DNA of 43,472 bases from a virus. A model generated the notes under the pieces. That model was not told the origin of the DNA, did not search any database, and worked only from the letters and a program-made list of their open reading frames with translations. Within the stretch, counting starts at the first letter, position 1; every line of letters starts with the position of its first letter. The stretch is from the UHGV virus genome UHGV-0252305. One strand, given 5' to 3'. Both the position numbers and the translations under genes were made by a program. Positions 26,587 through 34,102 of this stretch are shown here, in pieces.

Positions 26587-26967
26587 TTAAGCTCCTCGGG
26601 ATGCGATGATTTTAGCGGCACGAAGTTGTGCCAGTAAGGCGTTAAGTCGAGTGCCTACGGCATTAACCGCAGTCTGTGCGGACGCAGCAACCGCGGTGGC
26701 GTCCTCGCCAGTTACAGCCTGCGTGCCGACGTCTGTAACCGCAGCGCCCTGAACGAACTTATTCCCAGCCATCGCGGTAGTCGAAGTTGTTCCGATAGTA
26801 AGGTTTGACGTACCTGCGCCAATAGCGGTACGCGCTGCCTCTTGGGTCGCCCCCGCGGCGATTACCGCCGGTTTGCCGGTTACTTCTTCCCAGCCTACAC
26901 TGATGTCCAGGTCGCTAAAGTCAACGTTCTTAAGGCTGCGCGGCAAGCCTTTTCCGGTCTTAGCCAT
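26587..26967 (-). CDS. Structural protein downstream of capsid gene (possible decoration protein)
   Basis: 126 aa, Ala/Thr-rich; position. Confidence 0.4.
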   Translation of the reverse strand: MAKTGKGLPRSLKNVDFSDLDISVGWEEVTGKPAVIAAGATQEAARTAIGAGTSNLTIGTTSTTAMAGNKFVQGAAVTDVGTQAVTGEDATAVAASAQTAVNAVGTRLNALLAQLRAAKIIASRGA

Positions 26968-27026
26968 AATTTACCTCTTAGTAAATGAAAAGAGGGACCG
27001 AAGTCCCCCTCGATTATAGCTTAACC

Positions 27027-28100
27027 TTAAGCACCGACACCAGTTACCAGGAAGGCAATCGGTACGTGCTTGCGGTCAACCACACGGCTCCAGTTGGAGG
27101 CGTTCGCCAGGTCCCGCCAGGAAGCAGAGCGCGGGGTAGTCTCGGTGCCGTTGCCAGTGATTACTGCACCGGTGAAGCTGTAACCAAACGGATGTAGCAA
27201 CCAGGTCTTACGGGTCCACAGGGTTTCAACGCCGCCGCCGTTGCCGCGGGACGCTTCGCGCTCGTATTCCAGCGGGTTGGACGGAGAACCTTCACCGTAA
27301 CCGATAGCGCCGTTGCCGAAGATGATGGAGATGAACTTACGGGTCTGGGTCTGGGTCTGGGTCTGGGTCAGGCCAGTGCTGACTACGGTCATGCTGTCGT
27401 CAACAATCACGCGGTAGCCCTGGTAGGTGGCGAACATGGTGTTGTTGTCCGCGTCACGGATGAAGTCGATAAGCTGCTGCTTACGTGCCTGCGCATAAAC
27501 GAAGCTATGCATCGCGATAGCCCCCAGCACTTCACCGCCGTTGCCCATCAGAGCATCGCCCATAGTCTGGGTAGCGTCGATGAACGCGCCCGCATCGAAG
27601 CCCCGAGTAGCAGACACGTCGATTACCATGTCATTCTGCTCGTGGTATTTGTCGGTATCGGCTACGTTGTCATTGTACAGCCCGAGCGCGGTAGCAATCA
27701 GACGGCGTTGTGCCTGGCGCTGCCAGAAGTTATCCAGACGGGACGCTACGGATTGCAGCGGGTTCTGGCTGGTCAGTTCGACAGTCAAATCCGCCTGACC
27801 GAAACCTTCGTTCAGGTATGCAACGCGGGCCATCATCTCACCGGTCTGCACGTTACGCGGGGTGGCGATGTCCTGATATACATCGTTCGAGTAGTTAGGC
27901 TCGATAGAGGTATCAATCGCTTTCCAGAACGGAATATTAGCGACGTTGGACGGGCCGCGGGCAATCTCGGCAGCGTACGGGGTCGGGGTCAGAATACCAG
28001 ACTGGAAGAACGCGGTTTTTTCTACCGGGTCCTCGGTCATATAAGACGCCAGGACCGGGATGTTGCCAGTTACGATATCGCCGATAGTGGTAATTGCCAT
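27027..28100 (-). CDS. Major capsid protein
   Basis: 357 aa directly after scaffold gene; contains internal (TQ)4 repeat. Confidence 0.7.
   Translation of the reverse strand: MAITTIGDIVTGNIPVLASYMTEDPVEKTAFFQSGILTPTPYAAEIARGPSNVANIPFWKAIDTSIEPNYSNDVYQDIATPRNVQTGEMMARVAYLNEGFGQADLTVELTSQNPLQSVASRLDNFWQRQAQRRLIATALGLYNDNVADTDKYHEQNDMVIDVSATRGFDAGAFIDATQTMGDALMGNGGEVLGAIAMHSFVYAQARKQQLIDFIRDADNNTMFATYQGYRVIVDDSMTVVSTGLTQTQTQTQTRKFISIIFGNGAIGYGEGSPSNPLEYEREASRGNGGGVETLWTRKTWLLHPFGYSFTGAVITGNGTETTPRSASWRDLANASNWSRVVDRKHVPIAFLVTGVGA
27341..27369 (-). repeat. In-frame hexanucleotide microsatellite (GGGTCT)4 encoding (TQ)4 in capsid gene
   Basis: Four perfect tandem 6-mers plus partial fifth; protein reads LTQTQTQTQTRK. 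Confidence 0.8.
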
Positions 28101-28102
28101 TA

Positions 28103-28804
28103 TTATTTCCTCAGGGCTTTAAGTTGCCGTTCAAATTCGGCAGGGTTCGATTTATACAGGGCTAAACGCTCTGCTTCACTCATGTCTTTAAACGCTGGTG
28201 CGGCCCCGCCGCCTTTGCTACCGGAAGCCCCGCCGCCGGAAGCTGCATTTGCTTTGATCAAATGCGAAAACGCCTTGTGTTCGCGCAGGTATTTGCGGAA
28301 CTGTTCCGGGTCAGTCGTGATTACGTTACCGTCTGCACCAACAAACTTAGTAACCACATCATCGCCTTCGAACTCAGTCTTAACGAACGGCGCAAGAATG
28401 TCCACTGCTTCTGGGGTAATAAAGTCACCCGCGAAAGAGCCTAGCACCGCTTTACGTTCGCTGCCGAGGATACGCTCTGCCATTCTGGAGATGCGACCGT
28501 CTTTCTCGGCTAACACCGGGTCATACTGGCTACGAATCGTCTTTTCGAACTCATCCATCTTACCAGCGGCTTTTAACGCCTCCTGGTGCGCGCGCTGCCG
28601 TTCTTCTTCGGCCTCTTTTGCTTTGCGAGCGGCTTCTTTCTTCTCCGCCAACAATGCTTCCTGATTAGCCTTAAGCCCGGCAACTTCTTTCTCAATCAGC
28701 GCCTGAACTTCTTCAGCGGTGAACATTTTCGGCGCGTCACCGCCACCAGCTTTATCTTCTGCCCCAGCTTCTTCCTGGAACGGATAACGTAAAAAACGAT
28801 TCAT
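28103..28804 (-). CDS. Scaffolding protein
   Basis: Charged coiled-coil (EEVQALIEKEVAGLKANQEALLAEKKEAARKAKEAEEERQRAHQ) immediately upstream of capsid gene; ATG at 28804 with SD AGGGGA. Confidence 0.6.
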   Translation of the reverse strand: MNRFLRYPFQEEAGAEDKAGGGDAPKMFTAEEVQALIEKEVAGLKANQEALLAEKKEAARKAKEAEEERQRAHQEALKAAGKMDEFEKTIRSQYDPVLAEKDGRISRMAERILGSERKAVLGSFAGDFITPEAVDILAPFVKTEFEGDDVVTKFVGADGNVITTDPEQFRKYLREHKAFSHLIKANAASGGGASGSKGGGAAPAFKDMSEAERLALYKSNPAEFERQLKALRK

Positions 28805-28886
28805 AGTCAGTATGTCCCCTGGACGTTGGAACCCGGGCCACCCGGATTTACATGTCAAGAATAAATTATTCCAACATGCAAGGCAA

Positions 28887-29150
28887 CTATTCCAGAATAT
28901 TCCTCACGTAATCCTGCAACATGAACACTTTCAGCCGCAGCTGCCGTACGCATTCAGCGTTCTGAACGTCGATAGCTAAATCCTCGTCAGCGTCGCTACT
29001 TGGAGCTGCCAGTTTGCACGGAGGCTGCATCATCGTCGTATCCGGTAATGGAATTAGCGTTTGCGACGGCGTGGGACTTGAGCAGGACGCGAGCATCGTC
29101 GAAAGTGCACACGCTGCGACCTGGCGTTTTAATGTATTTAACGACTTCAC
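28887..29150 (-). CDS. Candidate o-spanin (Rz1-like lipoprotein) embedded out of frame in the Rz candidate
   Basis: Lipobox LASC after a signal-like N-terminus; Pro-rich mature region; starts inside 28996..29382 and extends beyond it. Confidence 0.4.
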   Translation of the reverse strand: MKSLNTLKRQVAACALSTMLASCSSPTPSQTLIPLPDTTMMQPPCKLAAPSSDADEDLAIDVQNAECVRQLRLKVFMLQDYVRNILE

Positions 29151-29382
29151 GGGTAATCACCTCTGATTTCGTCTTGCCTTCGTTGTCGGCGGCGGCGGCC
29201 TTTGATTCGTCCTGCTGCTGCCGTTGTGTTTTCTTCGCTAACTCAGCCTGCGCTTTCTGCTGTTGCTGCGAAACGAGATTCGCCCGGCCTTCGCTCCAGC
29301 CGCTGCGATACTGGTAAATGCCGTGGGCGTAAGCCAGGATGATGAAACATGCTCCTGCTACGACAGTTGCTTTAAGATTCAT
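28996..29382 (-). CDS. Candidate i-spanin (Rz-like)
   Basis: N-terminal TM segment followed by Gln/Ala/Lys-rich coiled-coil (QQQKAQAELAKKTQRQQQDESKAAAADNEGK). Confidence 0.45.
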   Translation of the reverse strand: MNLKATVVAGACFIILAYAHGIYQYRSGWSEGRANLVSQQQQKAQAELAKKTQRQQQDESKAAAADNEGKTKSEVITREVVKYIKTPGRSVCTFDDARVLLKSHAVANANSITGYDDDAASVQTGSSK

Positions 29383-29492
29383 GTTTCCCCTTTCTCGATA
29401 AGTAAAGCCCCGCCATAAAGCGGGGCGCTAGTCCTTATCATTTAAACATAGAAACGGCGTAATCTCAGTAAACCAGTTACTTTTTACACAAG

Positions 29493-29647
29493 CAATAGAG
29501 TATGGCCCTTCCGAACGCGTCAGCGTAACTACACTCAGGACTTACGTCCCGCTCCGTTACCTGCCCGCGCCGCGGTCGCTTGTTCATACTTCACAAGCTC
29601 AGGTGGAGCTTAGCACATTTTTGGTGAAAAGTCAACTATTCGAATAG
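29493..29647 (+). repeat. ~150-bp intergenic direct repeat, copy 1
   Basis: Aligns by eye with 41415..41567 at roughly 75% identity; includes 16-bp palindrome AACTATTCGAATAGTT at 29634..29649. Confidence 0.7.
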
Positions 29648-29701
29648 TTTATTCCAACATTTACAATTGAGTGGAATAACCGGAATACATAAACAAATAG
29701 T

Positions 29702-29730
29702 TTGCGCACCCCAATATAATAGGGTGCTAT
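29702..29730 (+). promoter_or_regulatory. Promoter-like site TTGCGC-17-TGCTAT with AATAG-N4-CTATT
   Basis: Inverted repeat at 29718..29731; upstream of lipoprotein cassette. Confidence 0.45.
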
Positions 29731-29757
29731 TCATTCTATCGAACCGGGGAGGCCGTC

Positions 29758-29853
29758 ATGTTAGTCGTTATTTCAGTAGTAATTGCAGTTGATGCGGTGA
29801 TGTTTCTTTGGGCTTGTAGTGGTATTGGTGACACGGGTAATGGTGAACTATGA
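29758..29853 (+). CDS. Small hydrophobic peptide (31 aa) preceding lipoprotein gene
   Basis: SD GGGAGG; ATGA overlap with lipoprotein start; translation verified. Confidence 0.3.
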   Translation: MLVVISVVIAVDAVMFLWACSGIGDTGNGEL

Positions 29854-30194
29854 AATATATTAAATTAGCAGTAGCAGGTGTTGTAGCCGTTTGTTTGAGT
29901 GGTTGCGTAAGGTCGTTGCCAGACCCGGCTTTACAGGTTTATCAGGCAGGGGATACAACGGCAACATGTAATCAGTTACTATCGAGAATCGCCACGACAA
30001 AACAAGCTCAAGCCAACGCTACGCACCGTGTTAATAAGCAAATAGGTACTAACGTTGTACTCGGTGTTACAGGCGCATTCCTGATTGTTCCGCTGTTCTT
30101 TATGGACACGGGCGCCGGGCCTTCTATGGACGAGATGACAGCCGGTAATCGTCTGTCGCAGTTACAACAAACATACGACGAGAAATGCAAATGA
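29850..30194 (+). CDS. Lipoprotein (signal peptide plus lipobox LSGC)
   Basis: MKYIKLAVAGVVAVCLSGC...; own promoter-like site and terminator; opposite strand to flanking structural genes. Confidence 0.6.
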   Translation: MKYIKLAVAGVVAVCLSGCVRSLPDPALQVYQAGDTTATCNQLLSRIATTKQAQANATHRVNKQIGTNVVLGVTGAFLIVPLFFMDTGAGPSMDEMTAGNRLSQLQQTYDEKCK

Positions 30195-30266
30195 CAAATA
30201 GTGTGATGTTTTATTTTGTTTTGTGGGTATCGGCTGCGGCTATCACCGCGATGTTCATATAAAAAT

Positions 30267-30289
30267 AAAGCCCCATAGCGGGGCTTTTT
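30267..30289. terminator. Bidirectional terminator after lipoprotein gene
   Basis: 8-bp stem aaagcccc/ggggcttt with T-runs on both strands. Confidence 0.7.
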
Positions 30290-30290
30290 A

Positions 30291-30752
30291 TCATTCCGGC
30301 TTAGTAACCTTCGCCGCTTTACTGACGGCCTCTACCCCATCGGCATCAGTAACTTTAACGAAGTATTCGCCGACCGCATTAACCGTCAGAGACAGAGCCT
30401 CCTCAGGCGCATTCACCACTTCCTTACCGTCTTTGTACCAGGTCAGAGAATACGGCGCTTTGCCTGCCCTAACCTCGACAGTGATGGTTGCGCTGCCGCC
30501 CGCCAGTTCAGCGTCCTGCGGTTGCGCAGAGAAATACACGTCGCCAGCGTCCGCCAGATACGGAATTTCATAAAGCATACCGGCGGCGGGCAACGCAATA
30601 CCGGTTTTATCTGCAAACGGCATATCATCTACCGGTGTACCGAGTACACTTTCGTCCCCAATAAATACCACGTTCTCGCCAGAGCCAGACACGCGGGCGT
30701 ACTGGACTACGCGACGAGACGGTACGTCAGTTACTTTGAAAAAGCCCATCAT
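30291..30752 (-). CDS. Hypothetical protein in head module
   Basis: 153 aa downstream of head morphogenesis gene. Confidence 0.45.
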   Translation of the reverse strand: MMGFFKVTDVPSRRVVQYARVSGSGENVVFIGDESVLGTPVDDMPFADKTGIALPAAGMLYEIPYLADAGDVYFSAQPQDAELAGGSATITVEVRAGKAPYSLTWYKDGKEVVNAPEEALSLTVNAVGEYFVKVTDADGVEAVSKAAKVTKPE

Positions 30753-31795
30753 TATTCCCCTTTCAGATAATCAGCAACACGTTTATCGAGTTCCGCCATC
30801 TGCTTAAGCGTGAGCGGATTCCCGAAACCATCTACAGATATTACGCGAAACTCTTCCGGCGATATACCGCTGTTACGGAAAATCTTACCTCGCACCGGGC
30901 CGAGCGCCTGGTCCTGAAACCACGCCGGTTGTTGTTTAAGGAACTCGTAGTAAGTGGTGTCTGCGCTTACCTGAGTGCCACCTTCCGCGCCTTTAGCCGC
31001 GCGTTTTGCGCCTTTATCGAGGAAGTCGAACTCGGAACTGATTACCGGAGCCGTGCACGACCGGCAGTTCGGATGGGCTGGGGGCATCGGCCCCTTACCA
31101 ATTTCCCACGTCATCCCGTCTCTGACCCTGCAAATCGTACTGGTGCGGCTGTCAAGCGTTGACACCCACTCGTACTTCTCGATGATGTCGTCGTTCTGGC
31201 GGTACGTCTCGTTACGGGCCTCGTTGGATACGTGGGACAGCGCGGTGCGGATTACCGTAGTCGCGTTACGTTCTGAGATGTCGGCTAGTCCACCAGCGCC
31301 AACAACATTCTTAACAATCTGCCGTGTGGTTTGACCTTGCACAAAGCCCATCTTAACTCCAGTTACAAGACGTGCTACTTCCGTTTCACCCCATCCAGAC
31401 ATCAGCTTGGTGAAATCAACGGGCTTGTCGCTCAATGATAATGGTTGAAACTCGGCAGCGGCCCATACCTGCTCAGCGGTAGGCGTAACAAATTCCGCGT
31501 CTACGTTGGCGGTCAGTGTCTTTACGTTCCACTCAGCCTCATACGCCGCCAGTTCCTTAAGGTCTTCTGTCAGCTTTGTCTGCCAGTCGCCCGTAAGCCC
31601 CACCAGTGCTTCTTCAAGGTCGCGTAACAATTTATTCAGTCGGGCAGTGCTTCGCCCGTCGTCACCGAATAACAGCACCTGCCGTTTTATTTCGTCCCGC
31701 ATCTCCTGAATGAACGGTGCTAGGTCTTTCACTTCACCAGATGCGGTGCGTTGCAGCCAAATCTGGTGGCTGATTAGTGATGTCAGTAAGCTCAT
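30752..31795 (-). CDS. Head morphogenesis protein (Mu gpF-like minor head protein)
   Basis: WVSTLDSRTSTICRVRDGM matches the conserved Mu-F/SPP1 gp7-type motif; follows portal gene. Confidence 0.7.
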   Translation of the reverse strand: MSLLTSLISHQIWLQRTASGEVKDLAPFIQEMRDEIKRQVLLFGDDGRSTARLNKLLRDLEEALVGLTGDWQTKLTEDLKELAAYEAEWNVKTLTANVDAEFVTPTAEQVWAAAEFQPLSLSDKPVDFTKLMSGWGETEVARLVTGVKMGFVQGQTTRQIVKNVVGAGGLADISERNATTVIRTALSHVSNEARNETYRQNDDIIEKYEWVSTLDSRTSTICRVRDGMTWEIGKGPMPPAHPNCRSCTAPVISSEFDFLDKGAKRAAKGAEGGTQVSADTTYYEFLKQQPAWFQDQALGPVRGKIFRNSGISPEEFRVISVDGFGNPLTLKQMAELDKRVADYLKGE

Positions 31796-31876
31796 ATACC
31801 CTCCTGTTTCGATATGACAATCATATCAGTCGGTAACGTATTGGCATAATCATACGCATTTAAGGTTAAAAAGAGC

Positions 31877-31910
31877 TTGATTAAATTCTACATTCAAATG
31901 TAGAATTTAA
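31877..31910 (+). promoter_or_regulatory. Promoter-like site TTGATT-18-TAGAAT overlapped by a 14+2+14 bp palindrome (operator candidate)
   Basis: Arms 31881..31894 and 31897..31910 are exact reverse complements; upstream of KilA-N gene. Confidence 0.55.
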
Positions 31911-31937
31911 ACGTACACTTAAACAGGAGAAATACAC

Positions 31938-32591
31938 ATGAAACTGCAAACATTAGAGTTCCCTTATGGAGAAATCACTTTTGACCGTGAAAACTTTATT
32001 AACGTAAACGAGCTGGTTGACCAGATGAACCGTTGGCGTTTAGACAACGGCATGGGGGCCAGAGAGCTTCGCCAGGTCATGGCAACGGATGGCTTCAAGA
32101 TTTTCAAGGAGGAATGCGAAAAACAACTCGGAATCGAGAATGCCATAAGGGCGACGAAAGGCCGAAACGGTCGCACCTTTGCATGTCTCCATCTGGCAGT
32201 ATATATTGCTGAGCAATACAGCGCCTATTTCCATTTCCTCGTTATCGACCGCTTTATCACACAACGGCAGGTAGAACTACGAAACATTGGCGCGGTGAGC
32301 TTTGTCGAGCTTAACGCTGCCGTTAGTCGAATGATCGAGCGCACGGAGGGAAGAATTGGCCACAGTGGACACTTCATACAGGTGGCTAAAGCGGTAAAGG
32401 AATCCGTAGATATCCGCGACGTAACGGGTTTCGATACATGGGACTCTCAGGATGCGAAGACCAATCAGTTGCGAAGTGACATCCAGAAAGCTCTGGTGAC
32501 GCTTCTTGACATGGAGGCCGTTAATACATGGGGTGAACTGAAAGAGGCGATACCTCGGGTTGTGCGTAAATGTGCGGCTAATATACGTTAA
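31938..32591 (+). CDS. KilA-N domain protein
   Basis: KGRNGRTFACLHLAVYIAEQYSAYFHFLVIDRF fits KilA-N signature; own promoter with palindromic operator; bidirectional terminator downstream. Confidence 0.6.
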   Translation: MKLQTLEFPYGEITFDRENFINVNELVDQMNRWRLDNGMGARELRQVMATDGFKIFKEECEKQLGIENAIRATKGRNGRTFACLHLAVYIAEQYSAYFHFLVIDRFITQRQVELRNIGAVSFVELNAAVSRMIERTEGRIGHSGHFIQVAKAVKESVDIRDVTGFDTWDSQDAKTNQLRSDIQKALVTLLDMEAVNTWGELKEAIPRVVRKCAANIR

Positions 32592-32596
32592 AACTA

Positions 32597-32618
32597 AGGC
32601 CCCTAGCGGGGCCTTTCT
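32597..32618. terminator. Bidirectional terminator between KilA-N gene and portal gene
   Basis: Stem aggcccc/ggggcct, loop tagc; T-rich both sides. Confidence 0.65.
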
Positions 32619-32620
32619 AT

Positions 32621-34090
32621 TTACTCCTGTTGTTGCGCGGACTGCGGAATCTCTCCCGCTACCTGAGCAACAGAACCCAACGGCAGCGGTGCGTCTTCAA
32701 TAGCGTTCTGAATGTCCTCATCTGTCCAGTCAGTCACACCTGCCTTGCGCAACGCAGCATAGTAAGCGGTGGCGGGTAGCAGGCCAGCGTTAATATCCGC
32801 CATCCACTGAGCGCGGTCCTGAGCTGTCATAGGTTGCAGGAAGAATTCCATATTCAGCTTGAACTCAATCTCAGTATCTTCACTAAGCCCAAGCATACCC
32901 GCAACCCAGCGCAACGCATCGGTATACGCCATGCTTACATTACGTGCTATTGTTGCCATGACTGACGTGTCGGCGCCGCGTTGCAGGCGGGCCGATTCCG
33001 CGGTGATTTGCTGCGTCGGGGTGATAAGCTGCGCGCCAATCTGGATGGCCTGATTCTCTTTATCCAGCATATTCTGTTTGGCGAGGTTAGTTTCCGCCGC
33101 CTGAACCAGAAACGCATTTCCGCCGGAGCCGATGTTGTGGCCTGAACGCGACCCCATGCGTATGCCGTGTGGGTTGGCTTCTTTCCACTGCTCCATGCTC
33201 ATGTTCTCGCCGGGGGCAATGAACAGTGTCGGTTGACCTACTATAAAGCTGGCCTCTTCCACATCGGCCGAATTTCTGAAGTGTCCTATATTTAGCTCAG
33301 CTAACGGCAGTAAAGGCGCATCGTCTATAGTGGCGTCGTTGTTGCTTGCGCCAATGAACGTGAACGGGATTTTACCGCGCAACTGTTCGCCGAGTTCCGG
33401 GAAGATTTCGATTACTTCATCCTGTGCGCCACCTTCGGCATCGAAGCGGTAGATGCGCTGGCGGTAGCGACCGTCAATCAGGTCAAGGACGCGGTATTGC
33501 TCGCCGAATTTTGTTTCAAACTCAGCGCCTGGTTCCGAGTATTCCCACGCCTCACGCAATACAACCATCGTCACGCGGTTCACTGAACCGATGCGGGTGA
33601 GTCTCCAGTTGATAATGTTCTCCGCGGTATAGAATGCGATTACCGGGTTTAATAATCCCGCGTTCTGCTCTGCCGCCGTTGCTGCGGCTGTTTCCGGGGC
33701 ATCCACCAGCAACCCACCGCGTCCTATCGAGTCAATCTCCATTAACGTATCCTGCGCGTGCTGCCACAGCCCTACACCCGAACCGTCAGCGTTGTGCAAC
33801 AGGTACTCAAGTTCAGGCGGGATAATCTGCTCAGGGTCTTTGCGCATCACTGACCCCGTCATCCCCGCCAGGGTACGTTTAGTGAAGTTGTAACAGATAG
33901 CACCGTTCTCGTATTCTTCCTGGCGCTGGGCTGCGTAGGTCGGGTCAGGTTCGTTCTTCCCGACGTTGCGCAGATAGCGAATAAGGTCGCCTTCCAGCGC
34001 GTGGCGTACCTTCTGCCATTTATCGAAGTGATGCAGCCATTCCCGGTGTTTTGTCTTAACACCCTGATTCTGACCGTTCATAGTTAACAT
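32621..34090 (-). CDS. Portal protein
   Basis: 489 aa immediately downstream of large terminase, upstream of Mu-F-like gene. Confidence 0.7.
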   Translation of the reverse strand: MLTMNGQNQGVKTKHREWLHHFDKWQKVRHALEGDLIRYLRNVGKNEPDPTYAAQRQEEYENGAICYNFTKRTLAGMTGSVMRKDPEQIIPPELEYLLHNADGSGVGLWQHAQDTLMEIDSIGRGGLLVDAPETAAATAAEQNAGLLNPVIAFYTAENIINWRLTRIGSVNRVTMVVLREAWEYSEPGAEFETKFGEQYRVLDLIDGRYRQRIYRFDAEGGAQDEVIEIFPELGEQLRGKIPFTFIGASNNDATIDDAPLLPLAELNIGHFRNSADVEEASFIVGQPTLFIAPGENMSMEQWKEANPHGIRMGSRSGHNIGSGGNAFLVQAAETNLAKQNMLDKENQAIQIGAQLITPTQQITAESARLQRGADTSVMATIARNVSMAYTDALRWVAGMLGLSEDTEIEFKLNMEFFLQPMTAQDRAQWMADINAGLLPATAYYAALRKAGVTDWTDEDIQNAIEDAPLPLGSVAQVAGEIPQSAQQQE

Positions 34091-34102
34091 TTAATAATCC
34101 TC

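Noticed and set aside
27341-27369. Possible CRISPR-like repeat array
   Set aside because: Units are 6 bp with no spacers and lie inside a coding sequence; this is a microsatellite.
27507-28664. 385-aa + strand ORF
   Set aside because: Antisense to the capsid and scaffold genes; Ser/Ala/Arg-rich composition typical of a reverse-strand shadow of a GC-rich gene.
29634-29649. tRNA-like T-arm (5-bp stem with TTCGAAT loop)
   Set aside because: It is a simple 16-bp palindrome; the upstream sequence cannot form anticodon or D arms of proper size (D-like hairpin loop is only 5 nt); no acceptor stem.
28865-29660. 12-mer ttattccaacat shared between 28865..28876 and 29649..29660
   Set aside because: A single 12-mer match between two sites is within what chance produces in a 43-kb genome when all pairs are considered; no extended similarity around it.
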